A stretch of DNA of 63,493 nt, filler included, from Folioceros fuciformis (lineage: Eukaryota): assembly GCA_049999805.1 (NCBI GenBank). It is 5 parts of 5 records of this genome, joined end to end, with 100 filler letters (N's around TTAATTAATTAA, not from the genome) between each part and the next. Parts side by side here need not be neighbours in the genome. Positions count along the whole stretch, not along the records: positions 1 to 26,945 come from JBNGIO010004063.1; 4 more parts are not named here. One strand, 5' to 3'. This document shows positions 1 to 11,699 of this stretch, in pieces. How positions within the stretch are numbered: the first letter of the stretch is position 1; each line of letters opens with the position of its first letter. A model generated the notes under the pieces. It saw only the letters and a list, made by a program, of their open reading frames with translations. It was not told the origin of the DNA and did no database searches. The translations under genes were made by a program, and so were the position numbers.

Positions 1-155
1 TGCAAGAGGCTTTGGGGCACACAAGTGAAGGTGCAAAATACTCAACTAAGTCAATAAACACAAAAAGGTCACATATATACATATAGGGTATGTGCCCTAA
101 CTAAAGTAGCTTTAAGTATGTTTATTTAACCCTAAGAGGTTATTTTTATCTAACA
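1..155 (-). repeat. 3' LTR (partial, runs off window) of copia element B
   Basis: Minus strand begins TGTTAG at 155, preceded by the purine-rich PPT-like GAGGTTAAGTGGGCG. Bases 101-155 match 4239-4291 except for a 2-bp indel. Confidence 0.75.
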
Positions 156-1038
156 CGCCCACTTAACCTCGAACGGGTTCATTATGTTAGAAACTCGATT
201 AAGAATCGTGATACGAAACAGTGAAAACCCTAAACCCTGAGGCAAGCAGCGCTCCATGACTCACGAACGTTCTCACCAGCCTCATTCAAGGCTGCACGCG
301 AAAGTTTACACCGGCTCCGCGTGTTGAATCCGTAGCACCCCCACAAGCTCCGCGTGGAGATGGATTTGATATCTAATAAGATCGTTCCCATGGCCTTTTT
401 GGTGAGCTGCCTCCTCTGGCTGGTCCTTTTCTTGATCGCTGTAGTACCTTGGTTGCTCCCACCAGCTTTCAAAATGGTTAGAAACTAGATCTGTGGGCAT
501 ACATCTTAGCCTAGGCTTCAGGTGGCAGGAGGAGCAAATGACTCAGATGATGAAGGGAGCTCCATCTCTGTGGTCTCAGTGGCCTCAGCGAATTCCAGCA
601 AGAAGTGGCCAACAACAAAGGACAAGCAGCTGATTCAAGACCTCTTGGGTTTAGACGACAAGTGTGCAAGGTTGGAGAAGGAGTTGGAGGCTACCAAGCT
701 AAGTGCGACTCAACTCACCAACATGATCTCTGCTAGACTCAACTCAGGAGGAGGTGATTGCGAGCTGACAGTTGAGGAGTTCGAAGAGGTTCTGGCTGAG
801 CTCTCAAAAGGCGGCTATGACATGCGCAAGGCTTAAATCGCAGTCAGGAAGAAAAAGGAAGGGAAGTAAAGGGTTTGGCGAGGTAGGAAATTCGTTCTTT
901 TGCTCATGACTGCTCCCACGACTGGATGTAACTGTAAGGCTTGATCCACTGGGATAGATGTAAGGGAACAAACTCCCACTAACAATGTGCAGAGCTGTAA
1001 GCTAGTGAAACTGTTGTTAAGCAAACAGGGCTATTGCG

Positions 1039-4000
1039 TCATGATGTAAGTTGGGGAGAAAAATCAATGAGACCTAGACCTTCAACATGTGTCTCATGTT
1101 TGTGTCTGGGAAGAGTTTTCGTCAATATATCCACTATGTTTGCATGTGTATGGACATAGGTAGGGCTAACGACACCTCGTGATTTTACATCCCTAATGTA
1201 ATGGTGTTGTATCTCTATGTGTTTGGTTCGAGCGTGGAAACGAGGATGCTCAACAAGTTCTAGGGTAGATGCATTGTCACAGAAGAGGAGGGTTGGCTTA
1301 GGCTGTTCAGTGTGGACAAACTGGAGAAAAACTCTTTCCCACTCTACCTCTTTTGCTGATTCTGTCAAGCACTTATATTCTACTTTTGTGCTGGGCTGAG
1401 CTATGCTTGTCTATTTCTTGCAGGACCAGCTTATGGCAGCAGATGACAGTAAGAAGACATAGGCAGATAGGCTCCTACGGGAATCTGAATCTGAGGCCTA
1501 GTCAGCGTTTGCGAAACCCTGCAAGGTAGGGGCCAAACTAGTCCGCTTGTAACACAAGCCAAGGTGAGGAGTACCTTTCAAATATCTGAAAATATGTTTA
1601 ACTGCTGTCCAGTGGCTGCGTCCAAGGCACTCCAGAAACTGAGAAGTAGTGTTGACAGCATATGTAATATCCGGCCTCGTCCAGTTGCTAACAAAGAGTA
1701 GGCTGCCAACGGCATGCCTATAAGGTACATCCTTCATATTTGCCTTGTCAAGTACTGAAGTCGAGCAGTCATTCTTGCTGAGTCATGTTCCAACAACAGT
1801 AGGAGTAGCGGCAGGATGTGATGTGGCCATATGGAATCGCTGTAAAATCTCAAAAATATACTTATGCTAATGGATAATGATCATGCCTTGCTCACAAACT
1901 CAAAGGACTTGAATTCCTGGATAGAATTTTAGTTCTCCAACATCTATCATCTTGAACTCCTTGTGAAGCATGTCTCGAACTTTTGCTAACAGTGGTTTGT
2001 CGGTGGAAGCAAAAATGGCGTCATCATATATGGCCAGCAAGACATAAGCTTTTCCATCATCATAGATGTACACCGAGGGATCTGCGGGACTCTGCTTAAA
2101 GCCAAGGGACTTCGGGCAAGTTTCTAACCTAGCATTCCAGCGTTCTGCACGACGAATTGGTTGTATAGGAACAGGAATAAGATCAGGAGTATCTCCAGAG
2201 TCAGGAGAAGAAGCTATGGAACTTTGCTCACTTGAGTCTCCTAAACCTGCATCAGGATTCTGGCCAGGTAACTCAAGATCACCTACAGGTTGTTCAGAGG
2301 TGACGTGTTCTTCTGGATTTGGATCTACGTCGTGATCTGGATTTGCATTGGCAGGAAGAAGCTGTTGGTCTGCAGGTGGAGGAAGGGCATCTTGGTCGAC
2401 AGAACCATCATCACCATCTACATCACATGGATATTCAGCAAAGTCCTCGGCATACAGAAGATCAGTAGGATGTCCAGGTAAAGTGCCATTCTCTAAAACT
2501 AGTGGATTTATTATCTCAATGAAAGTAACACTCCTAGCGATTGCGGGCTACAAAGTCTTAGGATTAATAAGCTTATAAGATTTGGTTACTTCACTGTAAC
2601 CAACAAAGAGTAGGGGAAGAGCCCTATCATCTAACTTTCGCCGTTTCTCTGCAGGCACATATGCAAAGGCTTTGGAGCCAAAAACACGAAGATATGAAAT
2701 GCTTGGCTTCCGATTCAAGAAGACTTCATATGGGGTCTTATTGGACAGAGCCTTAGTGGTAAGTAGGTTTAAAAATATAGGTTAATGTGACCACAGCTTC
2801 TGCCCAGTATGGAGAAGAGAGTCCAGACCACAGCAGCATAGATCTGGTCATGCCCATCAAGGTTTGGTTCTTTCTCTTCGCTACACCACTCTGTTGCTGA
2901 GTGTAAGGAACAATAAGTTCATGTATTATGCCTTTGTCTTCCAGGAATTGTGTGAATACATTACTGACAAATTCGCTGCCATTATCAGATCTGAAAACCT
3001 TGAGAAGACGACCAGTCTGCCTTTGAACCAAAAGCAACCACTCTTGAAAAAGAGTGAACGTATCACTTTTCTTTTGCATGGGATATGTCCAAGTATATCG
3101 ACTGAAGTTGTCTATGAAGGTAAGATAGTATTCTGCTCCACCCAAGAATGGGACTTGCAGTCGTCCAGAAATGTCTGAATGTACTAAATCCAAGATTGCT
3201 ATTGTTCTGTGAGTAGGTGTACAAGGAAATGAAGCTTCACGTTGTTTTGTTAAAACACAAATCTTGCATGTGGGGAGTTCCTTGAAACTTGAAGGTAACA
3301 GCTCCCTGTACTTGTCCTGTCTAGATGATGCCAGGAGTTTAGTCTTGTTAGCATGGCCAAGGCGTGCATGCTAGAGCCTGGCCATCTGGGTAGCTGTTAG
3401 GCTGCCATTAGTTGCTGAACAGACTTGCTCTCGATGTATACAGGAAATGTCTAGGCGATACAACTCTGACTCCAGAAAGGCCTTAAAGATACAGACTTCA
3501 GGAGCACTATGTCTAGTGAAGCAACATACAATCCTTGATACAGTAAGTACTAAACTTTTCATTTTCATGAGTTTGCTCAAGGACATCAAGTTTTTCGCCA
3601 TCTTTGGGACATATAAGACATCTGGAAGCACTAACTCAGAGTCATTATGCAACAGGAACTTGCAGGTTCCATATCCTAAGATACTTAGACTAGTGGCACT
3701 ACTCTCATCACCAAGGTAGACTCTGTCTGGAGCAGAAGAAAAAGTAAGGCAAGTGAAAAGAGACTCGTCCCGACAAATGTGCGCTGTTGCCCCATTGTCC
3801 AGGTACCAACTGTCAACCTCACTCGCTAGAGTATTTAGACAGATAGTTAGAATCTTTACAACTGGCTTGCCTGAATTTGGTGTTGAGAAATCCATTGTAT
3901 GCTTATCTTTATTTTTTTAGGTTGTTGAATTCGCAATTGCTGGACGAGGTGCTATCCTTAGAGGTTTGCCAGCTTTCTTTTTGCGACATTCACAAGCCCA

Positions 4001-4228
4001 GCGACTAGGCAGTCCACACCAATTGCAGTTGCCTTGACGTTTTTGTATATTTGATGAGGAACTCTGGCTGCCATTGTTGGTTGGTCGTTGAGACTGATTT
4101 CTTCCACGACCTCGGCCTCTGCCCCTCCAGGCAGAAAATACCTTGTCATTCTTGCCTTTATGTTGTCCTTGTCCGCGCATGTGACGGACTTGTTCTTCCT
4201 GGTATAATGCTCCAATAACAGCACTGAG
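1039..4228 (-). pseudogene. Disrupted copia gag-pol (integrase upstream of RT), with part of RT deleted
   Basis: ORF fragments 3917-4180, 3371-3895, 2753-3193, 1498-1737 and 1039-1368 carry canonical copia motifs. Confidence 0.9.
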
Positions 4229-4238
4229 NNNNNNNNNN

Positions 4239-4291
4239 CTAAAGTAGCTTTAAGTATGTTTATTTAACCCTAAGAGGTTATTTTTCTAACA
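4239..4291 (-). repeat. Outer end of the 5' LTR of copia element B (rest hidden in N gap)
   Basis: ctaaagtagctttaagtatgtttatttaaccctaagaggttatttttctaaca is near-identical to 101-155 and ends in TAACA (TGTTA on the minus strand). Confidence 0.75.
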
Positions 4292-5598
4292 CTCATGACC
4301 TCATAGAGGGTCATGACTTCTCCTAACTTGAGCTTCTTTGCGTATGCACATTGCTTCATGAGGCTGTTCTAGGTTGCGACAAATGTGCGCTAGCGTGTTG
4401 GTAGGGTCATCAAGAGGGCTATGGCTGCCTGATCCTCTATTAAGGTAGTCCTGCATGAGGCAAGTCTTGCTCTCAAACTGCTGAAGGTAGTTGACATGTG
4501 CTTGGATGCTTTCCCCGTCCTTATATTTAAGGTTGTGGAAGTTCCTTATGGCTGTGGCTTAGTGCTAGGCATCATTGGTTTCAAACATTTGTGTGAAGCG
4601 TTCCTAGATGATTTCTGTTGTCGAGGCACTAAAGGTGTGATGAACCATATCTTTGTCAATCCTGGCACTTAGCAAATTGCGGGCTCTTCTGTCGAATTTT
4701 ATCCATTGATCGTAGCTTACGATTCTTGATGCGGGGCATAGCACTAACCCATTGACTATTGTCCATAGGTCTGCGTCCTCAAGATGTCCTTGCATTCGGG
4801 TGGCCCAAACATCGTAGTCTACACCTATGAATCTATTCTTTTCCTTTATTTCGATGCGGAGGCTAGCATAATGTTGCGTGATAGGGTTTGCAGCACCACC
4901 ACCACCACCCACGACTGCGCCACCACTACGAGCGGTGCCTCCATTGGCTCCTTTAAAGGTTGACATGGTTAGGTTTTATTCATGGAGCTTTAGCGTTGTT
5001 GAAATCGATTGCTTAGGGGATTTGGGGCCTCACATGCTTGGAGAAGATTCTTCCCGTCTCTCAATATGATGCCTATGAGGCTGTGCCGCAAGCGGGTCTT
5101 TGTGTGGACCTTTTTTTCAATCTGGTGAAGCTTCTTCGACACATGGCTCTCCAAGGTAGGCAGTTTGATGTTTCTTCGATTTGGTGCTACTTCTTTAATT
5201 CTCCTCACGGATCTACATCCGGACCGTGGAGAACTGAGAGGGGGATAACTTAATTGGAGATAGTGTTCCTCATGCACTGGTCTTGCCCACAAGTGGGCTC
5301 CCCTCCTCCGAGCCATTAGGTAACCATTCCAGTGGCATGTCTTAAATCCTCTTGCTCTGATACCATGGGAAAACGCACAAAGGTGCGACAATGATCTTTC
5401 TTTATTACAGGAGATCAGTTGGATTATTACTCTTGTTCAGATGGCTCTTGTTATGCTTGCACGTGTGTAGCAAGGCCTATGAGGAGGTGCGACGGTTGGG
5501 CAAGAATTATGGTTAGGTGTTCTTTAGTGAGTGGCGTGAACTATCTTGAGTCAGTCACCTAGGTATGTGGGTTCTCCTAGTCAATCACAATGTTTACA
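4292..5598 (-). mobile_element. 5' part of a second copia element (A): putative LTR 5366-5598, PBS, gag N-terminus
   Basis: gag N-terminal motif YDVWATRMQGHLEDADLW (ORF 4604-4966). tRNA-Met PBS is directly preceded by CA. Candidate LTR start TGTAAA at 5598. This LTR does not match the element B LTR. Confidence 0.65.
5354..5365 (-). other. tRNA-iMet primer binding site (TGGTATCAGAGC)
   Basis: Plus strand gctctgatacca; canonical plant LTR-retrotransposon PBS abutting an LTR-terminal CA. Confidence 0.85.
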
Positions 5599-5659
5599 TG
5601 GATGAGAGAAACGAATAAGGTTCATGGGTACAAGCAAGACCTTTTAAAGATTTGGTGGA

Positions 5660-6760
5660 TGCAAATATGGATGTAGGGTTATTAGGGTACAAGATTCCAA
5701 GCTCAAACAAGAAGATGAAATATTTCATCGAAATGTGCTAGAAATGAAGGCTTTCATGATGAAGCATCTCTACGATTTGCTTTTTGCGGATTTGACTTGT
5801 GACTTACAAAAACATGAGAATGACAAGTAATTGATAGATGGTGGCCTTAAAGAACCATTAAGTGGGATCAATAAATACACTAGCAACAGTGTGAACTACA
5901 CTATATCCACGCATGGTGTGGATGAAATTATGCAAGCAAGAAAAGCTTTATGCCCATAGTGCAAAAAGAGAACCATACAAACATTTATATGGTAGAAAAA
6001 TATTCCACGGAACATAGGAGCAGTGGACACAGTTTAGAACCTTAGCATTGGAAGTGATGTTAAGGCGAAGACATCTACATCGAGGGCACCACTATTTTCT
6101 CATGGGGGCTACCTTCTACTTAGAGTTATCCGTCTTGGCATGGTCATTAAAAAGCATTTATCGATCATATTGTAGACTTCATGGTTGTCTCATTATATCA
6201 AAAACCTTTAGGGTTGATAAGTATACTTCTACAAATATTCTTGTGTGATGGCAATTGGGTTGTTTACGCCTTCTAGGATTTGGAAGTTTTCTACAAGCAA
6301 TTATATAGAGATGGTAGAATGTAGTGGCAATAGATATGGATATGAGGTGCACACTATACATGACATAGAGGGTTTATGGTCTAGCAATTTTGTTAGATGT
6401 AGAGGAGGAGATAATAACATCATTATTCTTGAGAGGCCCATCCAAATTTTGGGCCAAGAAAGTTTGCAATATTAGTGATATTGATACAAAGATTCATGTC
6501 TTCAGACTGCTAGGGAAAAGGGGCAATAAGGTGATGCAAATACAAAGAGGGCTACAAACGACCTTTTAGCTATTATAATTTGACATGAAAATAGAACACT
6601 TCCATCACAAACTGTAAAGGCCCCTGAATTTCTTGTGTTGGAGATTGAGGGCAACAACTTTGCAAGTATAGAAGAACAACGACTTAGGTCTTTAGATGTC
6701 ATTGCAGTTTCAGAAGCAAATCAGGAAGAAATGGCTTGAAATTAGAATGAAATATGAGTC
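5660..6760 (+). pseudogene. Decayed beta-class N6A/N4C DNA methyltransferase-like ORF with C-terminal extension (copy 1)
   Basis: Manual translation across stops and shifts: IFHRNVLEMKAFMMKHLYDLLFADLTCD (motif IV-like), FIW*K, YQKPLGLISILLQIFLCDGNWVVYAFxGFGSFLQAII*RW*NVVAIDMD (motif X/I/II-like). Homologous to 42410-43570. Confidence 0.65.
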
Positions 6761-7599
6761 TAGGATTTTACTGCATGCTTATATTAGGTCTCACAGACTA
6801 TTACCTTGACCATGATAGCTCCTTTACATCTTTGAGGGTAGTGTGCCAACATACAAAGGTATACATTTGAACAAAAAGAATATGGTGTTTGAGCATCTTG
6901 GTCACTTTAATTATCAAATCTTGCTTGAATGTATCAATGTTTTTCAATTGCAAACATGTATGACACACACATTAAGCGCTAGCTTATAAAAAACCATAGA
7001 CTTCAACAAAAATCTGGTTGGCATTTTTAATTTTTCTTATGAGGTCAAATGAACTTGGAGGAATCCATCCGCTAGGCACAAACCTCGTTTATCTACGTTT
7101 TGTGCAAGAAGACAATGTAAGTGCCAAAGGAATTTGTTGCCTTAGCAAAATGTATGTCGATTTACATCGCATCCTACCTCATTTTTCTAACTCTTACTCT
7201 GCTCCTTAGCTATGAAAAATTGTAAGAGAGGATGAAGCTTATACAAGAGATTTTGGAACATCACTATAAGTTTTGCGTGCACTTGCAATAAATTTCATTT
7301 TGTGTCAAGCTTTCTCAAATTTTGAGTTGGATCCCAAAGATATTGATCCCAAGTTTGGCCTTTCAAGTGAGGATGATTCTCGGCAATGCAAGAGGGCTGG
7401 ACTCGGAGTTCCTTCGACATTGGCAGTAGTGACCTATAAGGACTATTTTTTTTTTACAGTAAACTCGTCCTTGGCTCATGGCCTACAGGGGTGGGCTGGA
7501 CCCGAAGTTCCTTGGCTCTTGAGGGATTGGATTCACTGAGAATCTATATAAAGAGGAGGAGGGGGAGTATTCCACTACAGGAGCCTGCTCCGGTGGGTT

Positions 7600-8920
7600 G
7601 GTGGCCGGCATCCCTATAGAGACTAAGTTATGTGGGTGCCAATTTGGCCAAGGCGGAGTTAACGACCCTAGTGGTGGTCTTGGGGGAGGCAGAAAGTCAA
7701 GAAGGACTTCTAGTCACGGAGCGCAACTGAGAGAAGCAGAGTCCAGGCGCCTCGGCCAGGTGGAGTCTCCGCAAAGATCAGAAGTCAGGGAAGGGTAGAA
7801 AAGGATCGAAGCGTGGAGGGGGGGCGGAGCGACAGCAAGGTGGCGCGGCCATCAGGATCGGGGAGCACCGACCTAGGAAGGGAAACAGGTGCAACAACTT
7901 AGGGAGCGTGCAACAGTCGAGGGGGAAGCCAACGTTTGAGGGGACAAGAGTGAGAGTAGAGTGGGGAATGGTGATACAACTCGAGCCAGCAATCCCCACT
8001 ATACAATGGCCCACTATGGACCACTGGAAAATAAGAGCCGGTGGCCTTGTGCAGGAGTTGGACCTGGAGTTCATGCAGAAGAAATGGTGCTATGACAGTC
8101 CCTCTTTGGTGCAAGAGTGTGCTCAGTACTTAAGGGCAAGGGCGTTGGAGGTAAGTTTGAGTCAGAAACTGTAGGACTGGAGACTGGAGCTTTTTCAGGA
8201 GGTGTACAGACGGGGAGAGGCAGAGCAGGGAGGCATCATAATCGATCTTCAGAGAAAGAGGACTTTGAAGACCGTTGTGGCCACCCTTATGAAGTCGGGA
8301 GAGGGAAGAACTAAAAACAGCTGGGTAGTCCGCCAGTTGGCTTCAACCCCATTGGCAGGACTAGCCAAATGGATTTTATGCTTCGTGCAAAGCAAGAAGG
8401 TAGATCACATGGCCGATCATTTTCTGGTCTTCCTGCATAAGGTAGTCAATGGCACCTAGGTGAACTGGGCCCGGATTATTTTCGACCGGGCATATGAAGA
8501 ATGGGTCAACTTGTTAGCAGATTCATCTCGCCCTTCCCTCCTCTCACCTTTCCTGGTTCATCTTTTTGCTCACACCAAGTGTTTAACTGAGTTGGAAGCA
8601 GTGTCCTCTCTCCATAGTTAGAAGCCAGTCATGGAGATCAGGGTTGAGGAGGAACCTAGAAATGGTTCGGGGGAGGATTTTAGCAGCTAGGAGCCTGAGG
8701 CGTTGGGTGACTTAGAAGAGGAAGTCATGACGGTCAGGAAGAAGAAGCCTTGGACCACAAGTCGAGAGGAGGTCAAGAGAGGGAAGGCTGGGCTGGGCGA
8801 GCAGGAGGTGGCAACCCTGGCTCAAACTGGCAAAGTGGGAAGGAGTGAGAAGGTTCTTCCCAATGAGGCCCTAATAACCCCCATCGTAAGGGGGGTTGTA
8901 ATTTGTGCAGGAAGCTGAGG
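7600..8920 (+). pseudogene. Degenerate retrotransposon-associated accessory ORF
   Basis: Purine-rich fragmented ORFs (7908-8174, 8202-8459) continuing as V-N-W-A-R-I-I-F after a stop. Resembles accessory ORFs of plant LTR elements; no RT or integrase seen. Confidence 0.3.
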
Positions 8921-11699
8921 CACTATGAACGAGAGTGCCGCAGCAAGCAAGCCAGCGAACCAAGGAGACAAGGTTCCCCAAGTGCCCACCTTGCCCTACT
9001 GGCACTAGCATTTAGTGCTAAATGAATGAACAAATGAGATTTCAAGTAAATGAGTTCTTATCATTTCCCAATTTGCAGCAAATAAGCACTCCAAATGGAT
9101 TCTATCCAACATCCTAGATGAGCTTACCAAGCATATTTTCACATTTAAAAGGAATTTCCATTTCATCACTGAACTTAATGTTAGACCCTCCTTATTACAT
9201 CAAGTAGGGGTCTCGAGCATGTTTTAGTGAACCTTCCACGTTTCTAGAACTTTATCATTTAAGACAACATAAGTTATTGTAAACTAAAAAAATATAGAGA
9301 GTGATAATATGTTCAAGGGCTCCCATATTCTACTCTTCATAACTTATTTAAAATAAAAGGGGTCTCAAACTTGAAAATAAGTATCCCTTTATCCATTCCC
9401 TTCTACATGCACCATCAAGTCCAAGAAACAACAATGAAACCATAACTCAATTGACAAACGAAATTTTGGCTAAACTCACCTAAAACCCCTACCCAATGGA
9501 CCTACCAGTTGTTTAGTAAATAGTTCTTTCCATTTCCAGGTTTGCAGGAAATGGAGCTATGAAAGTGGTCTCATCTCCAATATCCAAGATGAGGATACGC
9601 AGCCTATCTTGGGAATTAATCTGGATTCCCATTTGACTGCCGAACCTTATGTTCGAACTCCCTATTGTATTTTTAAAGTGCCATTATTTGTCAAGCCTCC
9701 ACTTTTCCCTTTCATGCCTATGCAATTTGGATTTTCTTTCCTACAATGTCTGTACATGACACATGGAGGGCTATTCAATGCTTGAAGTTATTAAATTCCC
9801 GCAATGCAGATGCTGCTACCCAAAGAAGTCTTCCGACTACATGTTATAATCGTATGTTTGTCCCTAACACCATTTGTTCAGGAGGTTCTATGATGAGCCA
9901 GATGTTCCTTCCATTTTCTTCGTATAGTTACCCGGCCCACCCTCGGAAAGGTTTTGAATTTGTTCCCCCTGCCTCTTGGTGAGAGTTCCGTTTGCAAGAG
10001 TGTTTACGCCTTTGACCGGTGCAATTGAACAGCCCTCATCGCAGCAGCAGGAGCTCTAATCATCTCCCAGCCATGGGGTTTGGATAACATCTTCTGGCTG
10101 CCAGTGCACATCCTTTGCACCTTGGATTGATTCACCATACCAGCCTTGATTTTGATGGTGATGGCTTGCCTGCGGAATTGGCTCCCTGTGCCAGAATCAG
10201 TCCGTGAAAGGTGACAAATATCTGAAGCAGATATGGGTTCAAGGTCGAGAATAGTTGCGATGATCCATCATCTCAACATGGAGGCTCAAATGATGTCATG
10301 TGGCATTTATCACCCTTCCTGTGAATTTGAACTGGGTAACAGGTCTGAAAGGTTTTGTGCTTCCAGATCGACATCCCTTGGAAAGTGATTTCCTCTGTGG
10401 CGAACGCTCTCTTCGGGTTGGATTTTATGCTCCCTTAGTCATAGATTAGAGCATCGAGATCTGATATTCCACAAGAAAGATTGAAGGCCGCTGATGAAGC
10501 ACCTGCGTTCTGCTGAGCTGCCCGATGTGGGAGAATGTGGACTGATGATAAGGAGGGTGGTGTGGGAAAGTTTCGAAGGCTGTCAATGTGCGATGCCATA
10601 CTTTGTAGCTGTGGCTGGGATATCGTTGCCGTGAACATCATGACACCTCGTCCTGACAAGACCTATACCAATTCCCGAGTCCTATCTTAGACAAGACTCC
10701 TAATGGCCAGTGCGCTGACTTTGTCTTGGTCTGGATTTTATGGTGCAATGGTTTTTAGATCGGATCGGCAGCCGTGATGCGTTGAGATGAGAGATTCATG
10801 TTCTGTGACGTATGGATGCGTGCCGCAGGGCTACTAAGCTGTGCCAGAAGGCCGCAGAATAGCTCCTGGAGATCTCCCTACAGCGTATAGCATCCATACA
10901 CTAGCTTTTCGGGTGACCTTTTCTGCTCCAACTCAGCCTGAATCAACCTCCCACACATCTGCACCTGCAGTTGCTGTTAGCGCATGATTTTCCGAACAGC
11001 TATCCCGTTATGACCTGTGGGTATGAGTTTTCCAGGGGTGCTCGTTTAGAGTACCGAGCGTCCATGGGACACCAAGAGAGTGCCAAACGCACGAAGTACA
11101 GAAAGTAACTTGTGGGACTGGACGCGACCAGTCTGAAGGGCACGTTTCAGGCACAAACGATGCCAACAACAGCTCCTGTGCTGCTGGTAACTTTTTCCTC
11201 CGGAACAGGAAGTACAAGCCCCAAGAGTGCGATGCACATCATCCTCTTCCTTGTGTTTGACAATAGGATCTACGCAGAAACATGGCTATAACTCGCCCAG
11301 TCTACTGGGCATTCTTTGCTTGCATTCAGAGGCAGTCTGAATGAGGCTTTATATCTACGAGTTCACGCGACACACATCCAGAGGCTCTTTGAAGAATCCC
11401 TTTAACTGAGCACCTGCCCACACGAGCTCACCGCCTGGGATGGACCAACTCCTACTGATCTAGTCTAACGCATAGATGATTTTGATAACAGAACCTGGTA
11501 TATCAAGAGTGAAAAAGAACAACAAGCGAGCCCTGTGAGCAATGATAATGCAAAAACCTGACGGATGCCAGAACCGCTGCCCACGTTGGGTTGCACCAAT
11601 AGGGTGAGCATATGGATTATGCTAAGGTGTCAAAATTTGCAGTCACAAGGTGTTATGCAGACCCGAAACGTAGACGGAAGGTGAGGAAAAGCGAAGCTT

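Larger units (their letters stand above)
1..4291 (-). mobile_element. Degenerate Ty1/copia LTR retrotransposon (element B)
   Basis: Minus-strand domain order: gag zinc knuckle (CNWCGLPSRWACEC), protease (WYLDNGATAH), integrase (DLVHSDISG..FRSDNGSEF), RT (YRHAVGSLLF..TRPDI), RNase H (CDNAS..HARTKHIEIQHHYIRD). Matching LTR ends at 155 and 4291. Many stops and frameshifts. Confidence 0.9.

Noticed and set aside
9000-11600. Moderate-GC stretch with short ORFs downstream of the glucanase
   Set aside because: No motif or consistent frame recognised on either strand; left unannotated.
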